Positions 44,841 through 53,934 are shown, numbered from the stretch's first letter. The stretch is 64,000 nt of DNA from Thermodiscus sp. (GCA_035615875.1 WWDN01000042.1:221-64220), one strand, 5' to 3'. Notes: generated by a model from the sequence alone, not told the origin. Program-made: numbers and translations.

Positions 44841-45442
44841 GACCATGCACAGCGCGCAGAGTATTCTACACGGGAAACCCGGGTACCGGTAAGAGTACCA
44901 TAGTCAAGAGAATAGTCGACGTTCTAGCCGACTCAGGTTGCAAGATAGGCGGTATATTTGCCCCAGAGGTGCGCTCTAGGACTGGGACGCGCATAGGATT
45001 CAGGATTGTAGATGCCGCTACTGGAAGGAGCGGATGGCTGGCGAGGAAGGGCTATCCGGGGCCCCGTATAGGCCGGTATGGTGTTGTACGCGGCGATGCC
45101 GTGGAAATCGGGGTGGAAGCCCTTAGGAAGGCTCTTGCAGAAGCAGACGTGATAGTAGTGGACGAGATCGGCCCGATGGAGCTCTTGGTCGAAGAGCTAC
45201 GAGAGGCTATAATAAGTGTCTTGAAGTCGGACAAACCCATCGTAGGCGTTGTTCACAGGAGGCTCAAGGCAAGGGATCCAACAGTCTATAGTCTAGTCGC
45301 AGCTAACTCTACGATAATCGAGGTCACCCCGGAGAACAGGGATAGGTTGCTCGAAGAGGTGCATGTGGTTGCAGAAAGCCTGTGCTGCAAACTCCCTGAT
45401 AAGAGAGGGGAAAGCCCTGGTATACGTTCCAGACCTAGATAG
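44837..45442 (+). CDS. nucleoside-triphosphatase THEP1 family
   Basis: VFYTGNPGTGKSTIVKRI (Walker A), VVDEIGPMEL (Walker B). The start overlaps the upstream stop (ATGA). Confidence 0.75.
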   Translation: MRPCTARRVFYTGNPGTGKSTIVKRIVDVLADSGCKIGGIFAPEVRSRTGTRIGFRIVDAATGRSGWLARKGYPGPRIGRYGVVRGDAVEIGVEALRKALAEADVIVVDEIGPMELLVEELREAIISVLKSDKPIVGVVHRRLKARDPTVYSLVAANSTIIEVTPENRDRLLEEVHVVAESLCCKLPDKRGESPGIRSRPR

Positions 45443-46568
45443 GGCTATAGCACCTCACGGCCTCGAACCGGCGTGGCTAGAGGTTTTCTACAATCCCAGA
45501 ATGGTCTTCAACAGGGATCTAAGCGTCGCGGCTATAGCAGCCTATGCCAGGCTGTTAGCGCCCCTGCCAGAGTTTATCATAGTCGAGCCCTTAACCGCGA
45601 CAGGAGTCAGGGGCGTCAGGTATGCACTGGAAGTGGAAGGCCCGCACAGGGTTGTTATGGGAGATATAGACAAGTGCGCGGTGGAGATAACAACCAGGAA
45701 CATTAATTTAAACAAGTTAACCGGGAAAGCCAGAGTCTACTGGCTAGACGCCAGGGAGCTACTACTAGCTACGCGTAGCCTGCTGGAGAAGCCTCCCCTC
45801 GTCGTCGACATAGATCCCTTTGGCAGTCCGGCCCCCTACCTCGACGCGGCGCTATCTGTCATAGGTAATCATGGCCTACTCGCGGTTACAGCGACCGACT
45901 TAGCAGTCCTAGAGGGGTCAAAGAGGAGAGCAGCTAGGCGGAGATATGGTGTTGATCTTGTGAAGGCTCCTGAGTCCAAGGAGATAGGGTTAAGGATCCT
46001 CCTAGGCTATATAGCCCGTATAGCCGCTTCCCATGACAAGTATATTGAACCGGTACTCTCATACTACACAGACCATTACTTCAGGGTATACGTGGTTGTG
46101 AGGAGGGGTGCCCGGAAAGCAGACAAGATGCTAGAGAACAGCATCGGCCACGCCTACTATTGCAGGGAGGACAAAAGAACCTACATATCGGATGAACCCC
46201 CTTCATGTATATCATATTCGAAGCCGGAGAGAATAGGTCCTCTGTGGGTCTCGGCGATGAACAACGCCTCGTTTATAAGAGAGGTCGTCAGCGAGTTGAA
46301 GGCGCGAGAATACCTAGCCACAGCAGGGAGGGGCCTCAGCCTCCTTAGGCTACTGGAATGCGAGTCGAGCCTAGAGGATCGGACTCTACACGTCTCTATC
46401 GACCAAATAGCGTCCTTCGCCCGGAGTAACATGCCCCCTATGGACAAGCTGTTGGACTTATTGAGGTCTGAGGGCTACGTAGCGTGTAGGAGCCATTATT
46501 CCCCGATAGCTATTAGGACGAACGCCCCGTATACTAGCTTGGTTAAACTTTTGCTGGCCTCCGTATAG
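45363..46568 (+). CDS. trm1: tRNA (guanine26-N2)-dimethyltransferase Trm1
   Basis: IREGKALVYVP, VFYNPRMVFNRDLSV, ATGVRGVRYALE, VDIDPFGSPAPYLD. Overlaps the THEP1 3' end by 80 nt if it starts at 45363. Confidence 0.85.
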   Translation: MWLQKACAANSLIREGKALVYVPDLDRAIAPHGLEPAWLEVFYNPRMVFNRDLSVAAIAAYARLLAPLPEFIIVEPLTATGVRGVRYALEVEGPHRVVMGDIDKCAVEITTRNINLNKLTGKARVYWLDARELLLATRSLLEKPPLVVDIDPFGSPAPYLDAALSVIGNHGLLAVTATDLAVLEGSKRRAARRRYGVDLVKAPESKEIGLRILLGYIARIAASHDKYIEPVLSYYTDHYFRVYVVVRRGARKADKMLENSIGHAYYCREDKRTYISDEPPSCISYSKPERIGPLWVSAMNNASFIREVVSELKAREYLATAGRGLSLLRLLECESSLEDRTLHVSIDQIASFARSNMPPMDKLLDLLRSEGYVACRSHYSPIAIRTNAPYTSLVKLLLASV

Positions 46569-47052
46569 GCCTCTTACCCTCCCTGAGCTTATACGAGATC
46601 CAGGCTTCCAGGAAGGGGCACGTGGCTGGATCGTGGAAATTCTTCGGTCCGCACTCGTTTATGTACGGGCACGTAGTGCATGGTATATCGAGTATACTCG
46701 ATATGTCTATTTTTATTGTAACCGGTTCAGCTACGGTCTTCGCAAGTGTCAGCTTATACGTTCTGCGACCCTTTACAGAGACCTGTTCACGCTTGACTAA
46801 ACCCTTCTTAACAAGCCTCAGGACCAGCCTGGAGCCCTCGCGGCTATCTAGGCCTAGCATTTTCCATAGATCGCTTTGAAGAACCCCGCCCTCGCTATTT
46901 TCAATCAGTTCAAGTGCTTTCTTTTCTAGTTCGCTGATTCCAGCCAATCCCTCGCCACACCTTCCATACAGGGGCTTTATTAGATTCTTTAAGCTGGCCT
47001 GCGGCCGTATTGATAAGTATATGGTTATACGGCCTATATATCTATCCCGCAC
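46543..47052 (-). CDS. winged-helix protein with a C-terminal 4-Cys cluster (TFE-beta/RPC34-like candidate)
   Basis: The wH region (LQSDLWKMLGLDSREGSRLVLRLVKKGLVKRE) is followed by CTTCPYINECGPKNFHDPATC (C-x2-C-x5-C-x11-C). Immediately downstream of tfb. Confidence 0.45.
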   Translation of the reverse strand: MRDRYIGRITIYLSIRPQASLKNLIKPLYGRCGEGLAGISELEKKALELIENSEGGVLQSDLWKMLGLDSREGSRLVLRLVKKGLVKREQVSVKGRRTYKLTLAKTVAEPVTIKIDISSILDIPCTTCPYINECGPKNFHDPATCPFLEAWISYKLREGKRPIRRPAKV

Positions 47053-47105
47053 ATCGCTCTAGGAGCTAGTCCTCCTTCGGGGCATATTAGGGGTTGTCGG
47101 GGGGC

Positions 47106-48125
47106 TTACACGCCGACTATTATAACTGTATCCTCTAGGAGGTACCGGAAGGTTTTCCTAACATTAGCCTCGCTCAGCTTGTAGACGTTGGCGACGGTCT
47201 TCTGGGTCACGTGTTCGAATCCATGTAACCTAGCTATAAGGTATACAACGGCTGCTGCTATGGCTTCAGGCTTCCTGCCATAGAGGCTTTTACCAGTCTT
47301 CATGACTGTTTCGAGGAATTTGTTTGCAGGGAGTCTAAGCGTCATCGGTAGGTCTAGCTCGTCGAGAAGCCTTATGATGTAACGGTCGATCCTCTTCAGC
47401 CTATTCTGGACCCCGGATATAGTGGAGTAGCTATAGTGGGTCGGAGGCACGATCCCGTAACTGTTTATCTTAGTCATGATCTTCCACACGTAACGTTTGA
47501 AACTTGGCGACCTCGCCTCGGGGGCTTCATTGGCGGCGGCTTCGTACAACTCACTCTCTCCTATAGGAAGATTGTGCAGGGCTAGAGCCTTTCTAACCGC
47601 TGCTATGACTAGGGCTAGTTTCTCCCTTGAGTTTATTATGGTAGTTTTATTCGCCATCTCGCCTTCGGCACGCCTCATCTCAAGATATCTCTTTATGATC
47701 CGTCCAGCGACCTCTGTTACAGAAGCATACTTAGGTATGTCGAGCTGGCCCACTATCCTGTGCATTAGAGTGAAGGTTTCTATCTGTGCTCTCTCCCTCC
47801 GCGAGGCCGATACCCTGTAGAAGCCCCTTCTGGCATTAACTAGCCTAGCCGAGGACCTGCTAAACCCTCTCTTCCTCCTTATCTTCAATTCCGCTCCAAC
47901 GCCAGCGTTGTGATATGAGAATGTCAGGGGCTTGGAGCTTCTTTGGAGCCCCTTCGACTCCCCCTTCTTGGGGAACGTTCTCCACTCGGGCCTGTCATCG
48001 AAGTCGACGCTGCTCAGGACCCTACCGTCTTTTGCGCATACCCTTATCCCTTCGGGGGTGACTATGATGTCTTCTTGGGTGCATTCCTCTGGTTTTCTCT
48101 CCTCTACGTGCACTCCTCGCTCCAC
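47106..48125 (-). CDS. tfb: transcription initiation factor TFB (divergent; degenerate zinc ribbon)
   Basis: B-reader/linker PEWRTFPKKGE...KPLTFSYHNAGVG, then cyclin-fold repeats (RKPEAIAAAVVYLIARL). GTG start at 48125. Only 2 of the 4 ribbon cysteines are present. Confidence 0.75.
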   Translation of the reverse strand: MERGVHVEERKPEECTQEDIIVTPEGIRVCAKDGRVLSSVDFDDRPEWRTFPKKGESKGLQRSSKPLTFSYHNAGVGAELKIRRKRGFSRSSARLVNARRGFYRVSASRRERAQIETFTLMHRIVGQLDIPKYASVTEVAGRIIKRYLEMRRAEGEMANKTTIINSREKLALVIAAVRKALALHNLPIGESELYEAAANEAPEARSPSFKRYVWKIMTKINSYGIVPPTHYSYSTISGVQNRLKRIDRYIIRLLDELDLPMTLRLPANKFLETVMKTGKSLYGRKPEAIAAAVVYLIARLHGFEHVTQKTVANVYKLSEANVRKTFRYLLEDTVIIVGV

Positions 48126-48411
48126 CCTTTCTTCGTCTGCCCCCCTTCCGCCTCCTCTGGAGTACTATGTATACTTGGTCTCCTTTGCCTGGGCTGTTTG
48201 TTTCCTTTGCTGGCTTGATCACCGCATATGGTTTCTCTACGTTGCCGATCAAGTCTATTATCTTGCCTATTTCAACGCCCTTACCGTCCTCGACTCGGCT
48301 ACCAATCTTTATTCTCATGTTTGGATTGTCTATTTTCACTATTATATATCCCGATCGTGTCACCGCTACTACGCTACCCAGCAGTAGTTTCCTGGTTTCC
48401 AACCAGCCCAC
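48022..48411 (-). CDS. gar1: H/ACA RNP protein Gar1 with Arg/Gly-rich tail
   Basis: LGSVVAVTRSGYIIVKIDNPNMRIKIGSRVEDGKGVEIGKIIDLIGNVEKPYAVIKP is the Gar1 barrel. The tail RRRKGGRRRKGGARSARRG runs 104 nt into tfb. Confidence 0.7.
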   Translation of the reverse strand: MGWLETRKLLLGSVVAVTRSGYIIVKIDNPNMRIKIGSRVEDGKGVEIGKIIDLIGNVEKPYAVIKPAKETNSPGKGDQVYIVLQRRRKGGRRRKGGARSARRGEKTRGMHPRRHHSHPRRDKGMRKRR

Positions 48412-48511
48412 CGGTTGGAGGCGGTGGGGGGACCCGCTTTATATTCGAGAACGGTTGGGAGTCTATTTGATGGAATAGCCGTGGTATACCGGGTCTAGCG
48501 CTTATATTCAG

Positions 48512-48820
48512 TTATAGACGTTTACTCTTCTTTCTCTTATTAATAATATATTTAGATATATTTTTTAATATATCTAGTTTACTGTATTTTTTTTCAACTA
48601 TAACTCTACCCCTCTCATGGAACCATGTACGCGGGTATGACGCGTCCTCGTCGACGATAGGCTCCAATCCGAGCTCCTTAGCGGCCTCATATATTTCATC
48701 TAAGCGTGGACCCGGGACCGCAAGCTCCCTGGGGATCTTCCTACCAAGTCGTCGGGGAAGTCTGCTATCGATATAGGAGGGATAAACTACCGTGTACCTC
48801 CCCTTGTAGTCTCTACTCAA
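48512..48820 (-). CDS. srp19: signal recognition particle protein SRP19
   Basis: VVYPSYIDSRLPRRLGRKIPRELAVPGPRLDEIYEAAKELGL. Confidence 0.85.
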   Translation of the reverse strand: MSRDYKGRYTVVYPSYIDSRLPRRLGRKIPRELAVPGPRLDEIYEAAKELGLEPIVDEDASYPRTWFHERGRVIVEKKYSKLDILKNISKYIINKRKKSKRL

Positions 48821-48833
48821 AGGGAGGACACCA

Positions 48834-49226
48834 TTACTTCTCCTTGACGAGCACTGCGTTTACAACGCCATCCTGTCCCGGTCTGGATGTGACAACAGCT
48901 TTACCCTCAGTGGTCTCTATAATGGCTCCTTTGACTATTATCTGACGCCTGGCATACTCTCTGTTCGCAGGAGTCTCTAGCACTCTCAGGATCCTAGCCT
49001 TCTTCGAGATCCCCTTTTCGGGATCAGATACAATGGCGTAGGCTACTTTCCTGGCTCTTACCTTGAAATTGCCTCCACGGGCACGAACCAGTTTCCGTTC
49101 CTCGCTGGACGACAGTACTGCTGGGATGAAAAATCGACCCATAGCGTACTTCCTCTTAACCTTATAGTACCAGTTCTTCTTAGCCCCACTGGGTTTCTTG
49201 TGGTCGCGCCATTGATAGACTCCCAT
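48834..49226 (-). CDS. rps8e: 30S ribosomal protein S8e
   Basis: [17 protein letters not shown]...[18 protein letters not shown]. Confidence 0.9.
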   Translation of the reverse strand: MGVYQWRDHKKPSGAKKNWYYKVKRKYAMGRFFIPAVLSSSEERKLVRARGGNFKVRARKVAYAIVSDPEKGISKKARILRVLETPANREYARRQIIVKGAIIETTEGKAVVTSRPGQDGVVNAVLVKEK

Positions 49227-49296
49227 CTACACCCTACACCTCTCCTACGGCCATGGAACTCCGGAGTATGGGCTGCTTTAAAGGGTTAATGCCATT

Positions 49297-49887
49297 TTAT
49301 TGAATATAGTATAAAACTTTACTTTTTAATTCTTCAAGGGCTTGTAGCTCATAATAAAAACCTTCAATCCACGGAACGAGAGCCATTATCACAGCCGCCT
49401 CTGTTAAATCCTGCCTTGTAATATAACCACGAGTCACAACTCCTATATAGCCGACTCCCTCGCCTAGATCCCCTCGCCGCTTGACCGAGACGAGCTCAGC
49501 TAACTCGATCCCCTCTAACATTCCACTAACAGCCATCCGAGGCACCTCGAAGGAGGGACTAAGACCAACACTAACTCGACTCCCCGGTCCTATAATTACT
49601 GCAACCTGGGTTTCGATGTAACCATGAGAAGCATAGAATTCTATAGGCCCAGCCTCTATCCCAACCCCAAAATCCCCCTCGGCATAGGCCCTCTCAGCCC
49701 TAGCTAAAGCACCAGCCACCACATCTAAGGTTCCATGCGGTTGACTACTAATAGGAGGTGGATTGACAGAGACGATGCTACCAACGTTACAATACCTCTT
49801 GAAGGCCTTCTCAACAGCCCTGAGCTTGACACTGTTATTGGTTGCAACGGCAACTCTAGCCTTGTACTCGCATATATTCTCCCGCAC
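49297..49887 (-). CDS. inosine/xanthosine triphosphatase (DUF84/YjjX-like NTPase)
   Basis: VAVATNNSVKLRAVEKAF, SSQPHG, and an overall family-like layout. Confidence 0.6.
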   Translation of the reverse strand: MRENICEYKARVAVATNNSVKLRAVEKAFKRYCNVGSIVSVNPPPISSQPHGTLDVVAGALARAERAYAEGDFGVGIEAGPIEFYASHGYIETQVAVIIGPGSRVSVGLSPSFEVPRMAVSGMLEGIELAELVSVKRRGDLGEGVGYIGVVTRGYITRQDLTEAAVIMALVPWIEGFYYELQALEELKSKVLYYIQ

Positions 49888-49997
49888 TGCAGATCCAACC
49901 CATTCTACAGGGAGGGACCACTTACGAAGAATTATTATTATCCCTCCCGTCGGGTGTAATTGGGAACGGTTCCAGGAGGGATCGCTAATTCGACTCG

Positions 49998-50654
49998 ATG
50001 GTGGCCGCCATGGCGTTGCCGAACCACGTAGGCCTGATACCAGACGGCAATAGGAGATGGGCTAAAAGGAACGGTGTCGACCTTTACTCGGCGTATCTAA
50101 GGGGCCTCGACGTCCTAATGGATGCAGTGGACTATCTCTCCGATAGAGGAGTAGGCTACATTACCGTATTCGCGATGAGTCTGGACAACTGCAGGAGGAG
50201 GTCGAGACTCGAAATCGAAATATTGAAGAAGATCTCTAGGATAGCGTTTGAACGCGTCCTAAACCACAACAAGGTGAAGAGCGGAAAAGCCCGTATAGTG
50301 GTTTTAGGGAAACCACAGCTAGTAGGGGATGAGATCAAGGATGAAGCGTTTAGGATTATGATGGAGACGCGTTGGCACGCGCCCTATACAGTGACGATAC
50401 TCTACTGTTACTCGGGGGAGTACGAGGTGGAGGTGGCGGAGAAGGGATACACCCCTTCATCCATCCTCATCCATCCCAGGCTAGACCTAGTTATCAGGAC
50501 GGGTGGGTATCCCAGGCTAAGCGGCTTCCTACCGTTAAGAGCGGACTACGCGGAATTATACTCTACCGATACTCTATGGCCTGATTTAACTAGGAAGGAG
50601 ATCGACGAGGCTCTCAAGTGGTATAGTATGCTTCCAAAGAATTACGGTCGGTAG
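49998..50654 (+). CDS. uppS: cis-prenyltransferase (undecaprenyl diphosphate synthase family)
   Basis: HVGLIPDGNRRWAKRNG, ITVFAMSLDN, IRTGGYPRLSGFLP. Confidence 0.8.
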   Translation: MVAAMALPNHVGLIPDGNRRWAKRNGVDLYSAYLRGLDVLMDAVDYLSDRGVGYITVFAMSLDNCRRRSRLEIEILKKISRIAFERVLNHNKVKSGKARIVVLGKPQLVGDEIKDEAFRIMMETRWHAPYTVTILYCYSGEYEVEVAEKGYTPSSILIHPRLDLVIRTGGYPRLSGFLPLRADYAELYSTDTLWPDLTRKEIDEALKWYSMLPKNYGR

Positions 50655-50656
50655 AC

Positions 50657-51757
50657 TTACTCTCTGTATACCACCCTCCGTACAAGTTCTATCAACGCGG
50701 CTACGCCCGTCCCGATAATTACGTATTGGATGAAGCCGCTGTCAACGAAGGAGTGCAGCGCGATTTCCTCATTGGAGGGTACGTTCTCCATGTAGAGACC
50801 CATGTTATAGAATGCCAGTGCGATCGCTACCGTCACCACCATGCCAGCAGCCTCGTGGAATAGGTTTAGATTGCCTAGACTGGCCTTCGTGAACACCCTC
50901 GATATCAACAGGTAGGAGATTACACCGGCAGACAGTATCGGTATCGATGTCTTTGAAATCTCGATTGTGGCCTTTATGGTATAGCCGTATTTCTCGACAG
51001 CCTGGTACATAGTATAAAGCGATGTAAGCAAGAAGAGTAGGAACATGAGAAGTCCAACCGCATAGAAATAGGGCCTCTCCCATATAGCCTGCAATAAGCC
51101 GCTGATTCTATCCTCTAAGGGCTTCTCCAGGTTAAAGCCTCTGATAATCATTGCAAAACCAACTACGAGTACCAACAGCTCTAGAGCGAGATATGCAACG
51201 TTGAAAAGCGCTGTCAGCCCAATAACCAGTAGCCCTATCCCGGGTATCCCAACTAGGTACCTCGAATACCTCGGATCCTCCACGGCTTTTTTGAGATACC
51301 TCAGTATGAGAAGATAGCCACCCTCGATGCCCAGATGCTGCTCTACTATAACCCTGTAGAAGCCAGCTATAGAGCCGTACTCGTGTAGCAACTGGGATAT
51401 TATGAACTCGTCCTCACCATCACTTACTATATAAAACTCTACCGGCTCATTAATCGAATTAACTAGCCTGGCGACCTCTTGTTTTATGTTCCTCTGGGCC
51501 TCCAGGCTATCAACTCTATGTCCCCCTAAGACGGCTATCTCCGGGTTATACCCCCGCTCCTCCAGCTCCCTGTAAAGCTTCAAGCCAGCTAGCATGGCGT
51601 TGACATCAGCGTCCTCCGGCCTCTTGCCCCCGTATTCGATTACAGCCTCCTTTACATTATCATAACCTATGATAACTTTTTTCCCGAGTATTTCCCCTAT
51701 ATCGTCATCTATATCGATCACTAGAATCAACGGCTTCCTCTTGCCGTTTTTATCCAA
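50657..51757 (-). CDS. integral membrane protein (DUF373-like)
   Basis: Soluble N-terminal domain (LILVIDIDDDIGE...) followed by 5-6 TM helices. Confidence 0.5.
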   Translation of the reverse strand: MDKNGKRKPLILVIDIDDDIGEILGKKVIIGYDNVKEAVIEYGGKRPEDADVNAMLAGLKLYRELEERGYNPEIAVLGGHRVDSLEAQRNIKQEVARLVNSINEPVEFYIVSDGEDEFIISQLLHEYGSIAGFYRVIVEQHLGIEGGYLLILRYLKKAVEDPRYSRYLVGIPGIGLLVIGLTALFNVAYLALELLVLVVGFAMIIRGFNLEKPLEDRISGLLQAIWERPYFYAVGLLMFLLFLLTSLYTMYQAVEKYGYTIKATIEISKTSIPILSAGVISYLLISRVFTKASLGNLNLFHEAAGMVVTVAIALAFYNMGLYMENVPSNEEIALHSFVDSGFIQYVIIGTGVAALIELVRRVVYRE

Positions 51758-51870
51758 CTCCTCGGTTCACCAGGGCTACAATACCGCTATCTAACGGGCC
51801 CGTGTTTATCTTAAACAGTGCTAGGCTTAAATATATCGGGACCCCAGACAGTTGTCCTCCCGAGGCGGTG

Positions 51871-52755
51871 TTAGAATTCACCGTATAGTATCTTTAACTC
51901 TTCGAGCGTTAGTGACTCTCCCCGCTCAAGCTTCTCTTTAATCTCCTGTCTCTTCTTTTCAATTAGTTCAAGCTTAATGCCCTGCTCCCTCGCCACCTTT
52001 AGCTCCTTAAGCTTAATCATCGTCTCCCGGTATTCATTGTATAGCTCGTCGAGCTGCTTTGACAGGTCATCTATGAGCTGGCTCCTCTCCTCGATCTCCC
52101 TGGACAGAGCGTCAACCTGGTTATTCATCTCATCATACTTGGGGGATAGGGTCTGCAGTTGCTCCTTTATCCTCCCTATGGATTCTCGTATCTCGTTAAT
52201 CCTCTGGTTCAGCTCCTTTAGCTGCATCCTCAGTGCTTTAACCTCTGCCTCCAACTCCATGACAGACAGTACCTGCTCCCTAGCCTTCCTGACCCTCTCG
52301 ATCATCTCCTCCAACCGTTCTATCCTCTCGATAATCCTTCTTTCCTCCTCGGGAGACAGTACACTAGTCATTTGCCTCCATTCAAGCTCTTCAAGCCTCC
52401 TCTGGAGCTTCCTCAGGCTTATCTTGGCCACGTCACCCTCTTTCTCGGCTATCTGCTTGGCCAGCTTCAACTGCTCCCTCTTCTGCTTGAGTTCTTCGGC
52501 CACCTCGTTCCTCTTCTTTTTCAAGCCTTCAAGCTCCTCGATTAAGCTCTTCCTCTCGGCTCTAAGCTTCTTTAGCTCGTCGAGGAGCACGCGCTTCTCA
52601 TCGATTAACTTTCTCCGCTGCTCCCTGAGCTTGCGTATCTCATCGATTAACTGCCTCCTCTGAGTTTTTACCTCGATTATCTTTTCCCGGAGCTCCTCGG
52701 CTCTACGGAGTAGCTGTTTTTCGTCGATCTGGGCTTCGAGTTGCTTCTCTTCCAA
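51871..52755 (-). CDS. archaeal coiled-coil protein
   Basis: 294 aa. Almost entirely heptad-like E/K/L/R-rich helix. Confidence 0.6.
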   Translation of the reverse strand: MEEKQLEAQIDEKQLLRRAEELREKIIEVKTQRRQLIDEIRKLREQRRKLIDEKRVLLDELKKLRAERKSLIEELEGLKKKRNEVAEELKQKREQLKLAKQIAEKEGDVAKISLRKLQRRLEELEWRQMTSVLSPEEERRIIERIERLEEMIERVRKAREQVLSVMELEAEVKALRMQLKELNQRINEIRESIGRIKEQLQTLSPKYDEMNNQVDALSREIEERSQLIDDLSKQLDELYNEYRETMIKLKELKVAREQGIKLELIEKKRQEIKEKLERGESLTLEELKILYGEF

Positions 52756-52852
52756 CCCTAGCCATCACCTATCGACTGTCCCAGGGGATACAGCGCCTCG
52801 TGGCGCCATAAGGGGGACTGGTATGAGCGGGGTTATAATGCTTAAGCCATTG

Positions 52853-53650
52853 CTATCCTCCATTGCTGGATGTTGGGGGTTCCAAGCCCGGCTCCTCTCC
52901 CTGGGCTATTATCTGGAGTAGCTTAGCATAGACGGCCTTTATACTATCGTCCTGGTATATCGACACCGGCAGTACCTGTCCTATAAACCCGGACTCCGTT
53001 AAAGCCTCTGCCAGGCGTAGTGCAAGGAGCCTGATAGTCGCGTCAACGCCTTCCAGCGAGCCGATAAGTGATTCTAGATAGCCCTCCTCGCTTAACCGGG
53101 GGAGCACCTCGTCTATCACCTCTGGCAGGAGAAGATCGGCTTTGCTGGCTACATTAACCTGGGGTAAGCCCATCCTGACCGCGACGCTGGAAGCCAGTGA
53201 GAGGGCAGATACAATCGAGAGGGGGTCTTCAAAGAAGGGGGCGTCGATTAGATATAATGTGGCGCTCGGCCATTCGCCGACGATCGACCTCACTATTATT
53301 GGCCCGCTAGACCTGTACGCGAATAGCTCTAACTGCCCTGGGGTATCTATTATTGCTATGTCGGCTACATACTCTTCTATCCTCGACTTGACATCGTCCA
53401 CGTAGTTGATCAGTGAGGCCACAGATGCTATAAGAGCTCCATTAGGCCCCAATCCCTTCTTGATAAAGTCCTTGGCTGTGACATAGTCCCTGATGTCGAC
53501 ATGTGGATCGTAGGGTAGAGTCTCGGCAGCCGGGTCAAAGTTCACGAGAATAGTCTTAGAACCCCTCTCGCTTGACAGGCTCCATAGAAACCTGGCCAAG
53601 GTAGATTTCCCGCTGCCCGCGGGGCCTACCATGATTATGTACCGGGTCAC
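52853..53650 (-). CDS. GPN-loop GTPase
   Basis: MVGPAGSGKSTL (P-loop), GLGPNGA (GPN motif), DTPGQLELF. Confidence 0.8.
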   Translation of the reverse strand: MTRYIIMVGPAGSGKSTLARFLWSLSSERGSKTILVNFDPAAETLPYDPHVDIRDYVTAKDFIKKGLGPNGALIASVASLINYVDDVKSRIEEYVADIAIIDTPGQLELFAYRSSGPIIVRSIVGEWPSATLYLIDAPFFEDPLSIVSALSLASSVAVRMGLPQVNVASKADLLLPEVIDEVLPRLSEEGYLESLIGSLEGVDATIRLLALRLAEALTESGFIGQVLPVSIYQDDSIKAVYAKLLQIIAQGEEPGLEPPTSSNGG

Positions 53651-53705
53651 CTACATCATCCACCCATTGCTAGACTCGGCTTTGAACCAGTTATAATGTT
53701 AGAGA

Positions 53706-53930
53706 GGGCCGGGAGTGACCCGCCCCGTGCACATACAGCCCCGAGACTGCGGGGTCTGGCTCTTCGCACGGGACCGGGGTTCACTCGACTGCTATGGGGT
53801 GCTCTATGGCGTTTAAATAGCATGGGGCTCCCAAGGGGCGGAAGGAGACTTCATCCCCCCGGGCTAGGTCAGTGCTGGAACGCTAGGTCATCGCCATGAA
53901 CGGCTTGTCGCAGTAGGAGGAGCATTGGCA
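53706..53930. ncRNA. candidate structured ncRNA of unknown class (strand unresolved)
   Basis: A 284-nt GC-rich spacer between two minus-strand genes. Long imperfect helix 53713-53730 / 53766-53786 encloses hairpin 53739-53754. Helix 53806-53811 / 53892-53897. The 9-nt repeat GCTAGGTCA occurs twice. The only ORF here (53696..53899) is R/G/P/L junk. Confidence 0.3.
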
Positions 53931-53934
53931 GGAA

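Noticed and set aside
48553-48574. 9-bp AT hairpin AGATATATT-TTTT-AATATATCT inside the srp19 3' coding region as a regulatory element
   Set aside because: It lies within a Lys/Asn/Ile-rich coding tail, where AT palindromes arise easily, and has no supporting context.
51977-52663. 228-aa ORF antisense to the coiled-coil gene
   Set aside because: Its Ser/Leu/Phe/Cys-rich product is the mirror of the E/K/L/R-rich heptad repeats on the other strand, a typical shadow ORF.
53696-53899. 67-aa ORF in the GC-rich spacer as a protein-coding gene
   Set aside because: The translation (RAGSDPPRAHTAPRLRGLALRTGPG...) is Arg/Gly/Pro/Leu-rich junk that mirrors the GC content. The region is better explained as structured RNA or DNA.
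53651-53934. Assigning the structured spacer to SRP (7S) RNA or RNase P RNA
   Set aside because: It is too short, at about 230 nt between flanking genes. There is no helix-8-type C-GGAA-G loop flanked by AGCA/GGUCAGG-like asymmetric loops. There is no GGAAAGUCC (CR-I) motif, and the ends do not pair as a helix 5/P1 would. GAACGGCUUG only loosely resembles RNase P CR-V.
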